DNA of 64,000 nucleotides. It comes from Clostridia bacterium. Its GTDB lineage: Bacteria; Bacillota; Clostridia; Christensenellales; CAG-314. Below are positions 19,045 to 28,984 of this stretch, piece after piece. The translations under genes and the position numbers were made by a program. Numbering within the stretch: the first letter of the stretch is position 1; the number at the start of each line of letters is the position of its first letter. The stretch covers positions 1,117 through 65,116 of the forward strand of contig JAQVWG010000006.1 in NCBI GenBank assembly GCA_028698585.1, in the 5' to 3' direction. The notes under the pieces were generated by a model. The model was given only the letters and a program-made list of their open reading frames with translations, did no database searches and was not told the origin of the DNA.

Positions 19045-19518
19045 ATGAAAGTAGTTTTTAATAGAGATAACATACATAATGATGATATTATTAGTACATT
19101 TGATTGTGCCGTCAGCACCCTTACACAACCACAGTGTATAGAGTGCGAAGTCAATTTTGTCAGCACCACACAGATTAGGCGTCTTAATAGACTGTACCGC
19201 AATATCGACGCTGTTACTGACGTGCTCTCTTTTCCCATGCTCAACCTTGCGCAGGGCGAAGTAATAGACAGCAATAAGTATTCGCTTGACGTAGACGTAC
19301 AGACAGGTAATGTGATGATAGGTGAGGTATACCTCTGCTCAACAGTCGCTAAGCAACAGGCAGTGGAGTATGGCCATTCGCTCAAGAGAGAAGTGTGTTT
19401 CCTAGCGCTTCATGGACTACTGCACTTATTGGGCTATGACCATGTAGATGATGAGCAACGTTCAGTTATGGAAAATACACAAGATATTATTCTAGATAAA
19501 GTAGGTATTATAAACTAA
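19045..19518 (+). CDS. ybeY: rRNA maturation endoribonuclease YbeY
   Basis: HGLLHLLGYDH zinc-binding motif. Confidence 0.9.
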   Translation: MKVVFNRDNIHNDDIISTFDCAVSTLTQPQCIECEVNFVSTTQIRRLNRLYRNIDAVTDVLSFPMLNLAQGEVIDSNKYSLDVDVQTGNVMIGEVYLCSTVAKQQAVEYGHSLKREVCFLALHGLLHLLGYDHVDDEQRSVMENTQDIILDKVGIIN

Positions 19519-19519
19519 T

Positions 19520-20422
19520 ATGACACACATAGTAGGTTACATTGCAATAGTGGGTTGGGCTAATGCCGGTAAATCAACCCTTCTTAACAGTCTTATAGAA
19601 CAGAAGGTATCCATTGTCAGTCCTAAACCACAGACAACTCGGGATAGCATAATAGGTATATGGTCTACCGACGACTGCCAAATGGTGTTCGTCGATACGC
19701 CCGGCTGGTTGAAGCCCAAGAATGTACTGGGCGAGTATATGCAGAAGAGCATTGACAGGGCCGTCGTTGGAGTAGACTGCATTATGCTAGTCATTGACGG
19801 ACATGATGGCATTAAGGAGCGCGACATTCAACTAATATATAAGTATGCCAATAGGGACATACCACTCGTAGTTGTCATAAGCAAGACAGACATTACTCAG
19901 CCTGAACGGCTTATGCCGGAGTTGGCCAGACTTAATGGCATAGAGGGCATAGCAGAAATATTCTGTGTGTCTGCAAAACGCAACAAGAACATAGACGTTC
20001 TCAAAGAACATCTCAAAAAATATCTCAAGGAAGGCCCACCATATTATCCAGAAGACGAAGTTACCAACAAGTCACTTAGATTCCTTGTATGTGAGCAGAT
20101 AAGGGAGAAAATGATGTTGGTTCTAGATAACGAGGTGCCACACGGCATAGGTGTCATGCTCAACAAGATGGAGTATGATGAAGATAAGATGATATGGATA
20201 ATAGATGCCAATATTATTGCCGAGAAACAGTCGCACAAGCCCATCATTCTGGGTAAGAACGGTCAAATGCTCAAAGAGATATCTATTAGGGCGCGAGCAT
20301 CCATAGAGAAACTGTTGCAATCCAGAGTCTACCTAGAACTATGGGTCAAGGTTAAACCAGACTGGCGCAACAACCAGTACCTTGTTACCGAGATAGGATA
20401 CGACAAAAAAGACCTAGATTAA
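19520..20422 (+). CDS. era: GTPase Era
   Basis: G1 GWANAGKST, G3 DTPG, and a C-terminal KH domain. Confidence 0.95.
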   Translation: MTHIVGYIAIVGWANAGKSTLLNSLIEQKVSIVSPKPQTTRDSIIGIWSTDDCQMVFVDTPGWLKPKNVLGEYMQKSIDRAVVGVDCIMLVIDGHDGIKERDIQLIYKYANRDIPLVVVISKTDITQPERLMPELARLNGIEGIAEIFCVSAKRNKNIDVLKEHLKKYLKEGPPYYPEDEVTNKSLRFLVCEQIREKMMLVLDNEVPHGIGVMLNKMEYDEDKMIWIIDANIIAEKQSHKPIILGKNGQMLKEISIRARASIEKLLQSRVYLELWVKVKPDWRNNQYLVTEIGYDKKDLD

Positions 20423-20524
20423 GTTGTCATTATTATATGTTATAACTCATTCTAGTCTTGACTATACGGCATACAGAATGCATTTTTGCACATACTAAGT
20501 CTACCACTTAGGGAGGCATAGGGC

Positions 20525-20650
20525 ATGAATGATGTTAAACAGGCGTGGGAGTTATTTAGACGGACAGGTAAGGTACAATACTATTCTTATTATAGGTATT
20601 TATTAGAACAATCTAACCAAGAACAATGGAAGAAAAAAGACAAGCAATAG
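20525..20650 (+). CDS. yqzL: YqzL-like small protein (41 aa), below the ORF-track cutoff
   Basis: My translation is MNDVKQAWELFRRTGKVQYYSYYRYLLEQSNQEQWKKKDKQ. RBS GGGAGG lies about 9 nt upstream. It sits between era and recO, where Bacilli encode YqzL, and its 3' end overlaps the recO start. Confidence 0.6.
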   Translation: MNDVKQAWELFRRTGKVQYYSYYRYLLEQSNQEQWKKKDKQ

Positions 20651-21369
20651 TACTCAAATCAGTAGATTTTCAAGAGAATGATAAACTGCTATGGTTATAT
20701 ACCCTAGAGGAAGGCAGAATAACTGCTATAGCTAAAGGAGTCAAGAAGGCAGGGGCGAAACTGAAGTACGCCAGCCAGCCTTTTTGTTTTGGCGAGTTTA
20801 TGCTAACCAACAGTAAGGGCAGAAATATTCTCACTGGTTGCAGTCAGGTCGAGAGTTTCTACGAGTTACGCTCCAATATCAACTGTTACTACGCTGGTTG
20901 CATTATGTTGGACACCGTATCAACACTTGTACAGGAGAATCAACCCAACTCACCCCTCTTCCTGTCACTTCTTAAGCACTTACAACAACTGCTCAGCGGC
21001 GACATTGACAATGATACGTTAATCATCAAGTTTTTATTGACTTTTTTGCAACTAGAAGGCTACGGATTAAGTTTTGACAAGTGCAATATATGTCAGAATA
21101 CTTCATTTACTAAACTTTACTTAGATTACTCTGCCGGTGGGGTTGTTTGCGTCAACTGCCGTAGCAACAGCGCGACAGTTCTGGCACCGATTACTCAGTC
21201 CACCCTAGATATAATTCAAAAAATGGATTTAGACCACATATCCCGTGTCAAAATCAAGCAAGAATATTTGACTGCTTCTCTTGTTGCACTTAACGAATAT
21301 TTTACATACAGTTTGGTCAAAATTAAGAGTCTCGTCCAGTATGTCCAGATACTTCAATCTGCTCGTTAG
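20626..21369 (+). CDS. recO: DNA repair protein RecO
   Basis: N-terminal OB region, CNIC...CVNC zinc motif, and position after era. Confidence 0.85.
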   Translation: MEEKRQAIVLKSVDFQENDKLLWLYTLEEGRITAIAKGVKKAGAKLKYASQPFCFGEFMLTNSKGRNILTGCSQVESFYELRSNINCYYAGCIMLDTVSTLVQENQPNSPLFLSLLKHLQQLLSGDIDNDTLIIKFLLTFLQLEGYGLSFDKCNICQNTSFTKLYLDYSAGGVVCVNCRSNSATVLAPITQSTLDIIQKMDLDHISRVKIKQEYLTASLVALNEYFTYSLVKIKSLVQYVQILQSAR

Positions 21370-21474
21370 TTGGCTAATAGTCAGCGGCTTATAATCAAAA
21401 GTTAAAAAAGTTGTAAATACACCTACAATTCATTTGTTAAAAAATCCTTTTTATTGTAAAATGTCATACGGTAA

Positions 21475-21504
21475 TTGACAGATAATTATACACTACACTA
21501 TATA
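21475..21504 (+). promoter_or_regulatory. Candidate SigA promoter of ppdK
   Basis: TTGACA (21475-21480), 18-nt spacer, TATATA (21499-21504). Confidence 0.45.
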
Positions 21505-21530
21505 AACACTATTTTGGAGGAAAAGATTTA

Positions 21531-24161
21531 ATGGGAAAGTACGTTTACCTATTTAGCGAAGGCAACAGTACAATGAGAGAATTACTGGGTGGCAAAGGCG
21601 CCAACCTAGCCGAAATGATTAATCTGGGTCTGCCAGTGCCTGACGGATTTACTGTTACAACCGAGGCATGCAATAAATACTATGATGATAACAAGACTAT
21701 CAGTGATGAGGTTTTGACACAGATATTCGACGCGCTAGATAAGACTGAGAAGAAACTAGGCAAGAAACTGGGCGATATGACCAATCCACTACTAGTATCC
21801 GTTCGCTCAGGAGCAAGAGCATCAATGCCTGGTATGATGGACACTATACTTAACCTAGGACTCAACGACCAGACTGCCGAAGTCATGGCCAAGTTAACTA
21901 GTAACCCTCGTTTTGCATATGACAGTTACCGCAGATTCATTCAGATGTTCGCTGACGTGGTTATGGAACTGCCTAAGAGCGAGTTCGAGATAATTCTTGG
22001 CAATATCAAGCAGAGCAAGAATGTTAAACTAGATACCGAGCTTACAGCAGATGACCTTAAACAAGTTGTTCTTCAGTTCAAGGCATTCTATAAGTCCAAG
22101 TTGGGCGTAGATTTTCCACAGAATCCTAAAGAGCAGTTAATCGAAGCAGTCAAAGCAGTTTTTCGTTCTTGGGACAACCCACGCGCTGTCTATTACAGAA
22201 GAATTAATGACATTCCATCTAGTTGGGGTACGGCAGTCAATGTGCAGTCAATGGTATATGGTAATATGGGTGATGACAGTGGCACAGGCGTTGCATTCAC
22301 TCGTAACCCTGCTACTGGCGAGAAGGTACTATTCGGTGAGTATCTAATGAATGCTCAGGGCGAAGACGTAGTTGCCGGTATTCGCACACCTCAACCTATC
22401 TCCCACTTGAACGAGCAGAATAAGTCTGTTTATGAGCAGTTCGTTAAGATATGCAATATATTGGAGAATCACTATAAGGACATGCAAGATATGGAGTTCA
22501 CTATCGAGAGGGGTAAGCTCTATATGTTACAGACACGTAATGGCAAGCGCACTGCAGCAGCTTCACTTAAGATAGCAGTCGATATGCTAAATGAGAAACT
22601 GATTGACGAGAAACAAGCAGTCGAGAGAATAGAGCCTCGCAACCTAGACGCATTACTGCACCCGACATTCGATGTCAATGCACTCAAGAACGCTACACCT
22701 ATAGCAGTAGGTTTACCTGCTTCACCGGGTGCTGCATGTGGTCGAATTGCTCTGTCAGCCAAGAGGGCAGCAGAGATGAAGAAGGCTGACAGTAAGGCCA
22801 AGATTATTATAGTTAGATTAGAGACCTCCCCTGAGGATATCGAGGGCATGGCAGTATCTCAAGGCGTATTGACAGCAAGAGGTGGTATGACATCACACGC
22901 TGCAGTTGTGGCACGTGGTATGGGCACATGTTGTGTTGCTGGATGTGCCGACCTCAAGATAGAACACGACGCAGACCACTTCTGTATCGGAGACAAGAAA
23001 TTCGTAGAGGGCGACATTATTTCACTTGACGGCTCTACTGGTAAGGTATACAACGGCGCTATTCCTACTGTTGACGCCCAGATAAGTGGCGACTTCGGCG
23101 TAATTATGCAACTAGCAGATAAATACCGCGTACTGAATGTGAGGACGAATGCCGACACGCCTAAGGACGCAAGAGTTGCGGTTAATTTTGGCGCTGAGGG
23201 TATCGGCTTAACCCGTACAGAGCATATGTTCTTCGCTGAGGACAGAATACAGGCAATGAGAGAGATGATAGTTGCCGACACACTAGAGGGCAGAGAGAAG
23301 GCACTTGACAAGTTGCTCAAGTTCCAGAGAGCAGACTTCGAGGGCATATTCCGTGCTATGGACGGCAGACCAGTAACAATTCGTTTCTTGGATCCACCAC
23401 TACACGAGTTCCTACCACAGAAGGAAGAAGACATTCAAGTTATCGCTAAGGTCATGGGAATAACGGCGGATAAGTTACACCAGATTGTTGATGGACTACA
23501 CGAGTTCAACCCAATGCTCGGTCACCGTGGTTGCCGTCTAACAATAACATACCCAGAGATAGCTAAAATGCAGACAAGAGCAGTTATAGAGGCAGCAATC
23601 AATGTAAGCAGAGAGGGTATAGCCGTTCATCCAGAGATAATGATACCGCTAGTTGGCGAAGTCAAGGAGTTGAAATATGTTAAGGAGTTCGTCGACCAAA
23701 CAGCTCAGCAAGTGTTTACAGAACAGAATACTACCATAGACTATATGGTTGGCACCATGATAGAGATACCAAGAGCAGCCTTAACATCAGGCGAGATTGC
23801 TCAAGTTGCACAGTTTTTCAGTTTCGGCACTAACGACTTGACACAGATGACATACGGATTCTCTCGCGATGACGCAGGTAAGTTCTTGCCCGATTATTAT
23901 GACAAGAAGATATTCGAGTCCGACCCATTCGCTAGAGTTGACCAAGTAGGTGTCGGCAGACTGATGAAGCTATCAGTAACCGAGGGTAGAGAGACTCGCC
24001 CTAACCTCAAGACAGGTATATGTGGTGAGCACGGTGGCGACCCTAGTTCTGTTGAGTTCTGCCATAGAATAGGTCTCAACTACGTATCTTGTTCTCCTTT
24101 CCGCGTGCCGATTGCGCGGTTAGCCGCAGCTCAAGCCGCTATTAAATATCCACGCAAGTAG
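21531..24161 (+). CDS. ppdK: Pyruvate, phosphate dikinase
   Basis: 876 aa. Phosphohistidine motif GGMTSHAAVVARG and a C-terminal PEP-utilising TIM-barrel region. Confidence 0.95.
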   Translation: MGKYVYLFSEGNSTMRELLGGKGANLAEMINLGLPVPDGFTVTTEACNKYYDDNKTISDEVLTQIFDALDKTEKKLGKKLGDMTNPLLVSVRSGARASMPGMMDTILNLGLNDQTAEVMAKLTSNPRFAYDSYRRFIQMFADVVMELPKSEFEIILGNIKQSKNVKLDTELTADDLKQVVLQFKAFYKSKLGVDFPQNPKEQLIEAVKAVFRSWDNPRAVYYRRINDIPSSWGTAVNVQSMVYGNMGDDSGTGVAFTRNPATGEKVLFGEYLMNAQGEDVVAGIRTPQPISHLNEQNKSVYEQFVKICNILENHYKDMQDMEFTIERGKLYMLQTRNGKRTAAASLKIAVDMLNEKLIDEKQAVERIEPRNLDALLHPTFDVNALKNATPIAVGLPASPGAACGRIALSAKRAAEMKKADSKAKIIIVRLETSPEDIEGMAVSQGVLTARGGMTSHAAVVARGMGTCCVAGCADLKIEHDADHFCIGDKKFVEGDIISLDGSTGKVYNGAIPTVDAQISGDFGVIMQLADKYRVLNVRTNADTPKDARVAVNFGAEGIGLTRTEHMFFAEDRIQAMREMIVADTLEGREKALDKLLKFQRADFEGIFRAMDGRPVTIRFLDPPLHEFLPQKEEDIQVIAKVMGITADKLHQIVDGLHEFNPMLGHRGCRLTITYPEIAKMQTRAVIEAAINVSREGIAVHPEIMIPLVGEVKELKYVKEFVDQTAQQVFTEQNTTIDYMVGTMIEIPRAALTSGEIAQVAQFFSFGTNDLTQMTYGFSRDDAGKFLPDYYDKKIFESDPFARVDQVGVGRLMKLSVTEGRETRPNLKTGICGEHGGDPSSVEFCHRIGLNYVSCSPFRVPIARLAAAQAAIKYPRK

Positions 24162-24219
24162 CAGAACAGCAGTAGTAAGTTGGATCATTAGAGTTAATTA
24201 AGAATAGTATTTACGGTAT

Positions 24220-24256
24220 AGACCTTGTTGGAGTAGTTCAACAAGGTCTATTTATT
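24220..24256 (+). terminator. Rho-independent terminator after ppdK
   Basis: 11-bp stem AGACCTTGTTG / CAACAAGGTCT, 8-nt loop, then ATTTATT. Confidence 0.8.
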
Positions 24257-24257
24257 G

Positions 24258-24480
24258 TGTAGCGACATATTATGCTCCTATAGAATCGGGCTTATGTGAT
24301 GGTTAGTGCCTAGTATTAGGTCTGTTAAATGCGTTAAGTGTATTGCACGCACCGATAGAATTGGACTGTTTAGATGGTGTAGTGCTTAAGATAAGGTATA
24401 TTGCTTATATAGCGATGTAATGCGCGCACCTCTAGAACAGGCCCGTTGAGATTGTGCTGTGCATAACAGTAGGGGATAAA
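24258..24480. repeat. Decayed tandem repeat, 3 copies of about 75-77 bp
   Basis: The core C(T/A)CC(T/G/-)(A/C)TAGAA(T/C)..GG.C..T....GAT.GTG.TGTGC recurs, with TAGAA at 24281, 24356 and 24433. Confidence 0.6.
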
Positions 24481-24722
24481 CGAGTATAGTCATTATTATA
24501 TAATATGGCATATTGGTTTGCACAATATACTGGTAGCATTAGCATTCTAGTGCTTGTGTTACAGTATAGTTCGATTAAGACTAGTAATTGTTACTGATAC
24601 AGCATAGGTTTATCTACCTGAAAGGAAAAATATTAAAAGGTTTTTAGGGGAAAGTGGATTTTCGTGTAGAATATATAATAGTAGAGTTATAGCAAGTAGA
24701 GTTATAACACAACAGGAGTTGC

Positions 24723-26534
24723 ATGGCAGACTTTCAAGAATTAAGCAGATTCATAGAAGAGCTTAAAAACCGCACTGACATAGTTAGTGTTATCTCTAGT
24801 TATGTAACGGTAACGCACAGGGGTAGCAGTTACTGGGCAAGATGTCCATTCCACGGCGAGAAGGACGCTTCGCTCTCCATTCGCCCTAATGGACAATATT
24901 ATAAGTGTTTCGGCTGTGGTAAGGGTGGAGATGTAATCAAGTTCATACAAGAGATTGAGAACTGCTCTTTTATGGAGGCTGTTGAGATATTAGCCAAGCG
25001 TGCCAATATGACCATGCCACAGAGCAATATAGATGACAAGGCACTTTTACAGAAAAAACGTAGTCGAGAGATATGTGCTTCTATATGTACACAGTCAGCC
25101 AGACATTACAGAGGTAATTTAGTCAGTGATAAGGGGTTGTCAGCACGCAACTATTTGGCAAGCCGTGGTATAACTATGGCAACTGCAACTGAGTTCGGGT
25201 TAGGCTACTCCCTCGGGTACAATCAGCTAAGAGACCACTTAACCGCTAATAACGTGTCACTAGATGACAGCGTTATGGCAGGGGTGCTTATACGTTCTGC
25301 TAAAGATTACTATGACGCTATGTATAGTAGATTGATTATTCCGTTGATAGACGCTAATGGACAAGTTGTGGCATTCGGCGGTCGCATATTAACTAGCGTT
25401 GACAACGTAGCCAAATATAAGAATACAACGGAGACTCCGCTGTTTAGCAAGAGTAAACAGTTGTTCGGCCTTAACCTAGTCAAGAAGAACAGGTCTAAAC
25501 TTAAGGTTGACTGTTTAATCGTGCTTGAGGGCTATATGGATGTAATATCTATGTATCAAGCAGGCTACTATAACTGTGTTGCTAGTATGGGTACGGCGCT
25601 CACCAAGGAGCAAGCCAAACTACTCAAGAAGTTCACTGACTCAGTATACATCTGTTATGACGGAGATAGCGCAGGGCGTAATGCGACACTGAGAGGGCTA
25701 GACATACTGCGCGAGGAACAACTCGAAGTAAGAGTAGTTAGTCTTCCCGACAATCTCGATCCTGATGACTATATTAAACAGCGAGGCAAACAGTCGTTCG
25801 ATAAATTGATTCAACGCGCTCTACCCTTAATTGACTACAAGTTGAATATACTTCGTGCTAACTATGATTTAGATAACCCTAATCTAGTGGAGCGTAAGCA
25901 GGCACGCACCAAGTATCTCCAGAATGTCATAAACGTACTTAGACCACTTGACGAAATAGAGAGAGAGGCATATTGCTTGCAACTGAGTAAAGAAACAGGA
26001 TTTGATAAGGATTTCATTGTTAGGCAGATAAATAACAAGGGTGCAGATATATCTAGTATGCCCGTTAATAACAGCACTAACGTAATCAATACCGAAAGGA
26101 CGCTCAATAAGATTACTAGGGCGCTGGCATATATAGCAACATGTCTATTGTACGCTAAACCATTCGCCAAAATAGACAGTAAACCAGACTGTATAGACAG
26201 TGCGTTACTCTCTGCGGTATTCGATTACATATTAAGGTGTAAGCAGAGTAACACTAAACTTAATCCCTCTATGGTACTTACGCTTAACACTACCGGCGAA
26301 GACGAGATAGCGCAACTGATTATTGACGAGGATAGTTTTGTCAATCAATTAGTGGATCAAGTACGATACCTAGACTGTGTAAGTGTCATACAGCAGGCCG
26401 AGGTAGTAGCGCAGATTGAAGTGCTCAAGAGCCGTCTACAGTCAGCTACCAGTCAAGAACAAAGAGAGATATTAGACCAAATTAAGAAATATACACTTCA
26501 ACTCAAAGAATTGCAGATGAAAAGGGAGGAATAA
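24723..26534 (+). CDS. dnaG: DNA primase
   Basis: Zinc ribbon [13 protein letters not shown]...[11 protein letters not shown] and a Toprim EGYMDV motif. Confidence 0.95.
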   Translation: MADFQELSRFIEELKNRTDIVSVISSYVTVTHRGSSYWARCPFHGEKDASLSIRPNGQYYKCFGCGKGGDVIKFIQEIENCSFMEAVEILAKRANMTMPQSNIDDKALLQKKRSREICASICTQSARHYRGNLVSDKGLSARNYLASRGITMATATEFGLGYSLGYNQLRDHLTANNVSLDDSVMAGVLIRSAKDYYDAMYSRLIIPLIDANGQVVAFGGRILTSVDNVAKYKNTTETPLFSKSKQLFGLNLVKKNRSKLKVDCLIVLEGYMDVISMYQAGYYNCVASMGTALTKEQAKLLKKFTDSVYICYDGDSAGRNATLRGLDILREEQLEVRVVSLPDNLDPDDYIKQRGKQSFDKLIQRALPLIDYKLNILRANYDLDNPNLVERKQARTKYLQNVINVLRPLDEIEREAYCLQLSKETGFDKDFIVRQINNKGADISSMPVNNSTNVINTERTLNKITRALAYIATCLLYAKPFAKIDSKPDCIDSALLSAVFDYILRCKQSNTKLNPSMVLTLNTTGEDEIAQLIIDEDSFVNQLVDQVRYLDCVSVIQQAEVVAQIEVLKSRLQSATSQEQREILDQIKKYTLQLKELQMKREE

Positions 26535-26536
26535 TT

Positions 26537-27595
26537 TTGGCAGAAGTACAGGATATATTGAGGAACCTCTGTGAGGAACTCAAAGCGTTGGCAGATGTCA
26601 ATGGCGGATTCATCAGTAGCTCAGAACTAGATTCTAGACTAGATAAGCTAGACCTGACTGCAGAGCAGAATGCCGAAGTTTATAAGTACCTAGAGGATAA
26701 CAACATAACACAATCTGATATCCTCGACATTAAGGAGCCAGATTTACTTATGGCTGTGGCAGATGTGCCCATTGACGATCCAGTCAAGATGTACCTTAAG
26801 GACATAGGTAAGGTACCGCTTCTGTCTGCTGATGAAGAGACTGCTCTGGCACAGCGAATGCAGTCTGGCGATGAGGATGCTAAAGCACAACTGTGCGAGG
26901 CCAATCTTCGCCTTGTCGTGTCCATAGCCAAGAGATATGTCGGCAGGGGGATGTTACTGCTCGATCTCATTCAAGAGGGTAATATAGGATTGATGAAAGC
27001 AGTAGAGAAGTTCGATCACACCAAGGGATTCAAGTTCTCCACCTATGCTACTTGGTGGATAAGACAAGCCATTACCCGTGCAATAGCGGACCAAGCAAGG
27101 ACAATTCGCATACCCGTTCATATGGTAGAGACAATCAACAGATTGACAAGAGTATCTAGAGACTTGCTTCAGGAGTATGGCAGAGAGCCAACGCCTGCAG
27201 AGATTGCATATGCTATGCAGATTAGTGAAGAGAAGGTTGTCGAAATCCAAAAAATTGCTCAAGACCCAGTAAGTTTAGAAACGCCTATTGGCGAAGAAGA
27301 AGATTCTCATCTAGTTGACTTCATTGAGGATAATAAGACAATTGCGCCCAGTGATGTGGCAGCGTACACTATGCTGAGAGAGCAACTCATCTGCGTACTT
27401 CATAAGTTGACTCCGCGTGAAGAGATGGTGTTGAGACTGAGGTATGGTATAGATGACGGCAGGCCTCGCACGCTAGAAGAGGTGGGTAAGGAGTTCAATG
27501 TGACTCGTGAGCGCATACGTCAGATTGAGGCCAAGGCATTACGGAAACTACGCAATCCTAGTCGCAGTAGACCGTTAAAGGACTTTTTGGACTGA
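26537..27595 (+). CDS. sigA: Primary RNA polymerase sigma factor
   Basis: Region 2 [17 protein letters not shown] and region 4 [17 protein letters not shown] start with RBS GGGAGGA. Follows dnaG. Confidence 0.95.
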   Translation: MAEVQDILRNLCEELKALADVNGGFISSSELDSRLDKLDLTAEQNAEVYKYLEDNNITQSDILDIKEPDLLMAVADVPIDDPVKMYLKDIGKVPLLSADEETALAQRMQSGDEDAKAQLCEANLRLVVSIAKRYVGRGMLLLDLIQEGNIGLMKAVEKFDHTKGFKFSTYATWWIRQAITRAIADQARTIRIPVHMVETINRLTRVSRDLLQEYGREPTPAEIAYAMQISEEKVVEIQKIAQDPVSLETPIGEEEDSHLVDFIEDNKTIAPSDVAAYTMLREQLICVLHKLTPREEMVLRLRYGIDDGRPRTLEEVGKEFNVTRERIRQIEAKALRKLRNPSRSRPLKDFLD

Positions 27596-28224
27596 TGACT
27601 AAACGCCAGAGAGAATTACTCAACCTCATACCGCAATGCAATATATTGTGTGATGTCGGTTGCGACCATGGGATAATCGGCACTCAGGCACTTGTACAGC
27701 ATAAGGTTAATCAAGTAGTGTTCGTTGATATATCAGCACCTAGTCTTGATAAGGCGCGCATTCTGTGTAATAAGCTGGGACTAGACAAAACCACATTCAT
27801 CTGTCAAGACGGACTAGGCAATATAGAGTGCGATTGCGCAGTTATTGCCGGTATGGGTGGTCTCGAAATAATTAACATACTGTCAACTGCCTCTCATTTA
27901 CCACCTACGTTACTGCTTCAACCCATGAGGGACGTAATAGACGTTAGACAATATGTGTGTAACAACTACCGCATAATGGTAGACAGAATCATCTATGACA
28001 AGAAGTATTATAATATAATTTTGCTGACGAGTGGCACTGATACGCTATCTCGAGACGAGTTACTGTATGGTCGCACCAATCTATCTGACCGTAGCGAAGA
28101 TTTTGTTAAATACTTACATAACGAGATAAGGAAATACAAGATAATCACTAAACAAACCAACAAAAAAGAATTAGTGGATAAACTCATAGATTACGAGCGA
28201 GTTTATCAACAAGGAGATAAATAA
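27595..28224 (+). CDS. trmK: tRNA (adenine22-N1)-methyltransferase TrmK-like
   Basis: DVGCDHG SAM-binding motif. Position after sigA, as with Bacillus yqfN. Confidence 0.75.
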   Translation: MTKRQRELLNLIPQCNILCDVGCDHGIIGTQALVQHKVNQVVFVDISAPSLDKARILCNKLGLDKTTFICQDGLGNIECDCAVIAGMGGLEIINILSTASHLPPTLLLQPMRDVIDVRQYVCNNYRIMVDRIIYDKKYYNIILLTSGTDTLSRDELLYGRTNLSDRSEDFVKYLHNEIRKYKIITKQTNKKELVDKLIDYERVYQQGDK

Positions 28225-28922
28225 TGAATTACGTACTAGAATACCAACAGACTGATGGTAAACTCCGTGCAATTGAGAAAGAGCTCAATAATTCTGCCGA
28301 GCGAATTAGATATAAGAAACTGGCAGAGAATCTCAAAAGCGCAGAGGACACCGTGCGCAAGATGGAGATTAAGACCAACGAACTCAATATTATGCTTACC
28401 AATCTGGAAAAGAAACTGCAATCAAGTAAGTTGTCAATGAATGAGTTCGCAAGCAATGTCGACCATTGTATTGACCTACAAGAATTAGAATATTTGACTA
28501 AGAAAGTCTCTGATTTAGGCAAGACTGTCAATGGATACGAGAAGGAAATAAATGCCGTTACTGTACAGATAGAGGATATGTCTAAGAAATATGATAATTT
28601 CAGGCAGAACTATCCCACAGCCAAGAAACAGACTGATGACGCTAGGACAGCTTTTCGCACGCTGCTCTCCACTAGACAGGCAGAGATGGACGAACTCAAA
28701 AAGCAACTGGAACAGCTAGAGGGAAAAATCCAGCCTGAGATAATCGAGGAGTATAAGAAACTTAAGAATCAAGGTATTTTCCCGCCGTTCGTCCCACTTA
28801 TTGGTGCTAATCAGTGCGGTGGGTGCTCGATGGAAATACCGAGTGCGCAAGTGTTCACCCTCAATGAAAAGGGATTATTAAAGTGCGAGAATTGTCGCAG
28901 GATAGTCTACATTAACAAATAA
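28224..28922 (+). CDS. Coiled-coil protein with a C4 zinc ribbon (COG1579/DUF164-like)
   Basis: Long heptad-rich N-terminal part and C-terminal CGGC...CENC. Confidence 0.7.
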   Translation: MNYVLEYQQTDGKLRAIEKELNNSAERIRYKKLAENLKSAEDTVRKMEIKTNELNIMLTNLEKKLQSSKLSMNEFASNVDHCIDLQELEYLTKKVSDLGKTVNGYEKEINAVTVQIEDMSKKYDNFRQNYPTAKKQTDDARTAFRTLLSTRQAEMDELKKQLEQLEGKIQPEIIEEYKKLKNQGIFPPFVPLIGANQCGGCSMEIPSAQVFTLNEKGLLKCENCRRIVYINK

Positions 28923-28984
28923 ACTGCATTAATTAATTAAAACGTTAACAAATCACTGCTACACACAAAGGAGGGCATAACCAG

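Noticed and set aside
22859-23434. A 191-aa antisense ORF inside ppdK. Similar cases are 22520-22849, 61113-61586 inside infB, 3932-4543 inside rnfB, and 7685-8119 inside the mreB-like gene.
   Set aside because: These are shadow ORFs opposite strongly supported genes. Their composition is Ser/Leu/Pro-rich, with no RBS and no recognisable motifs.
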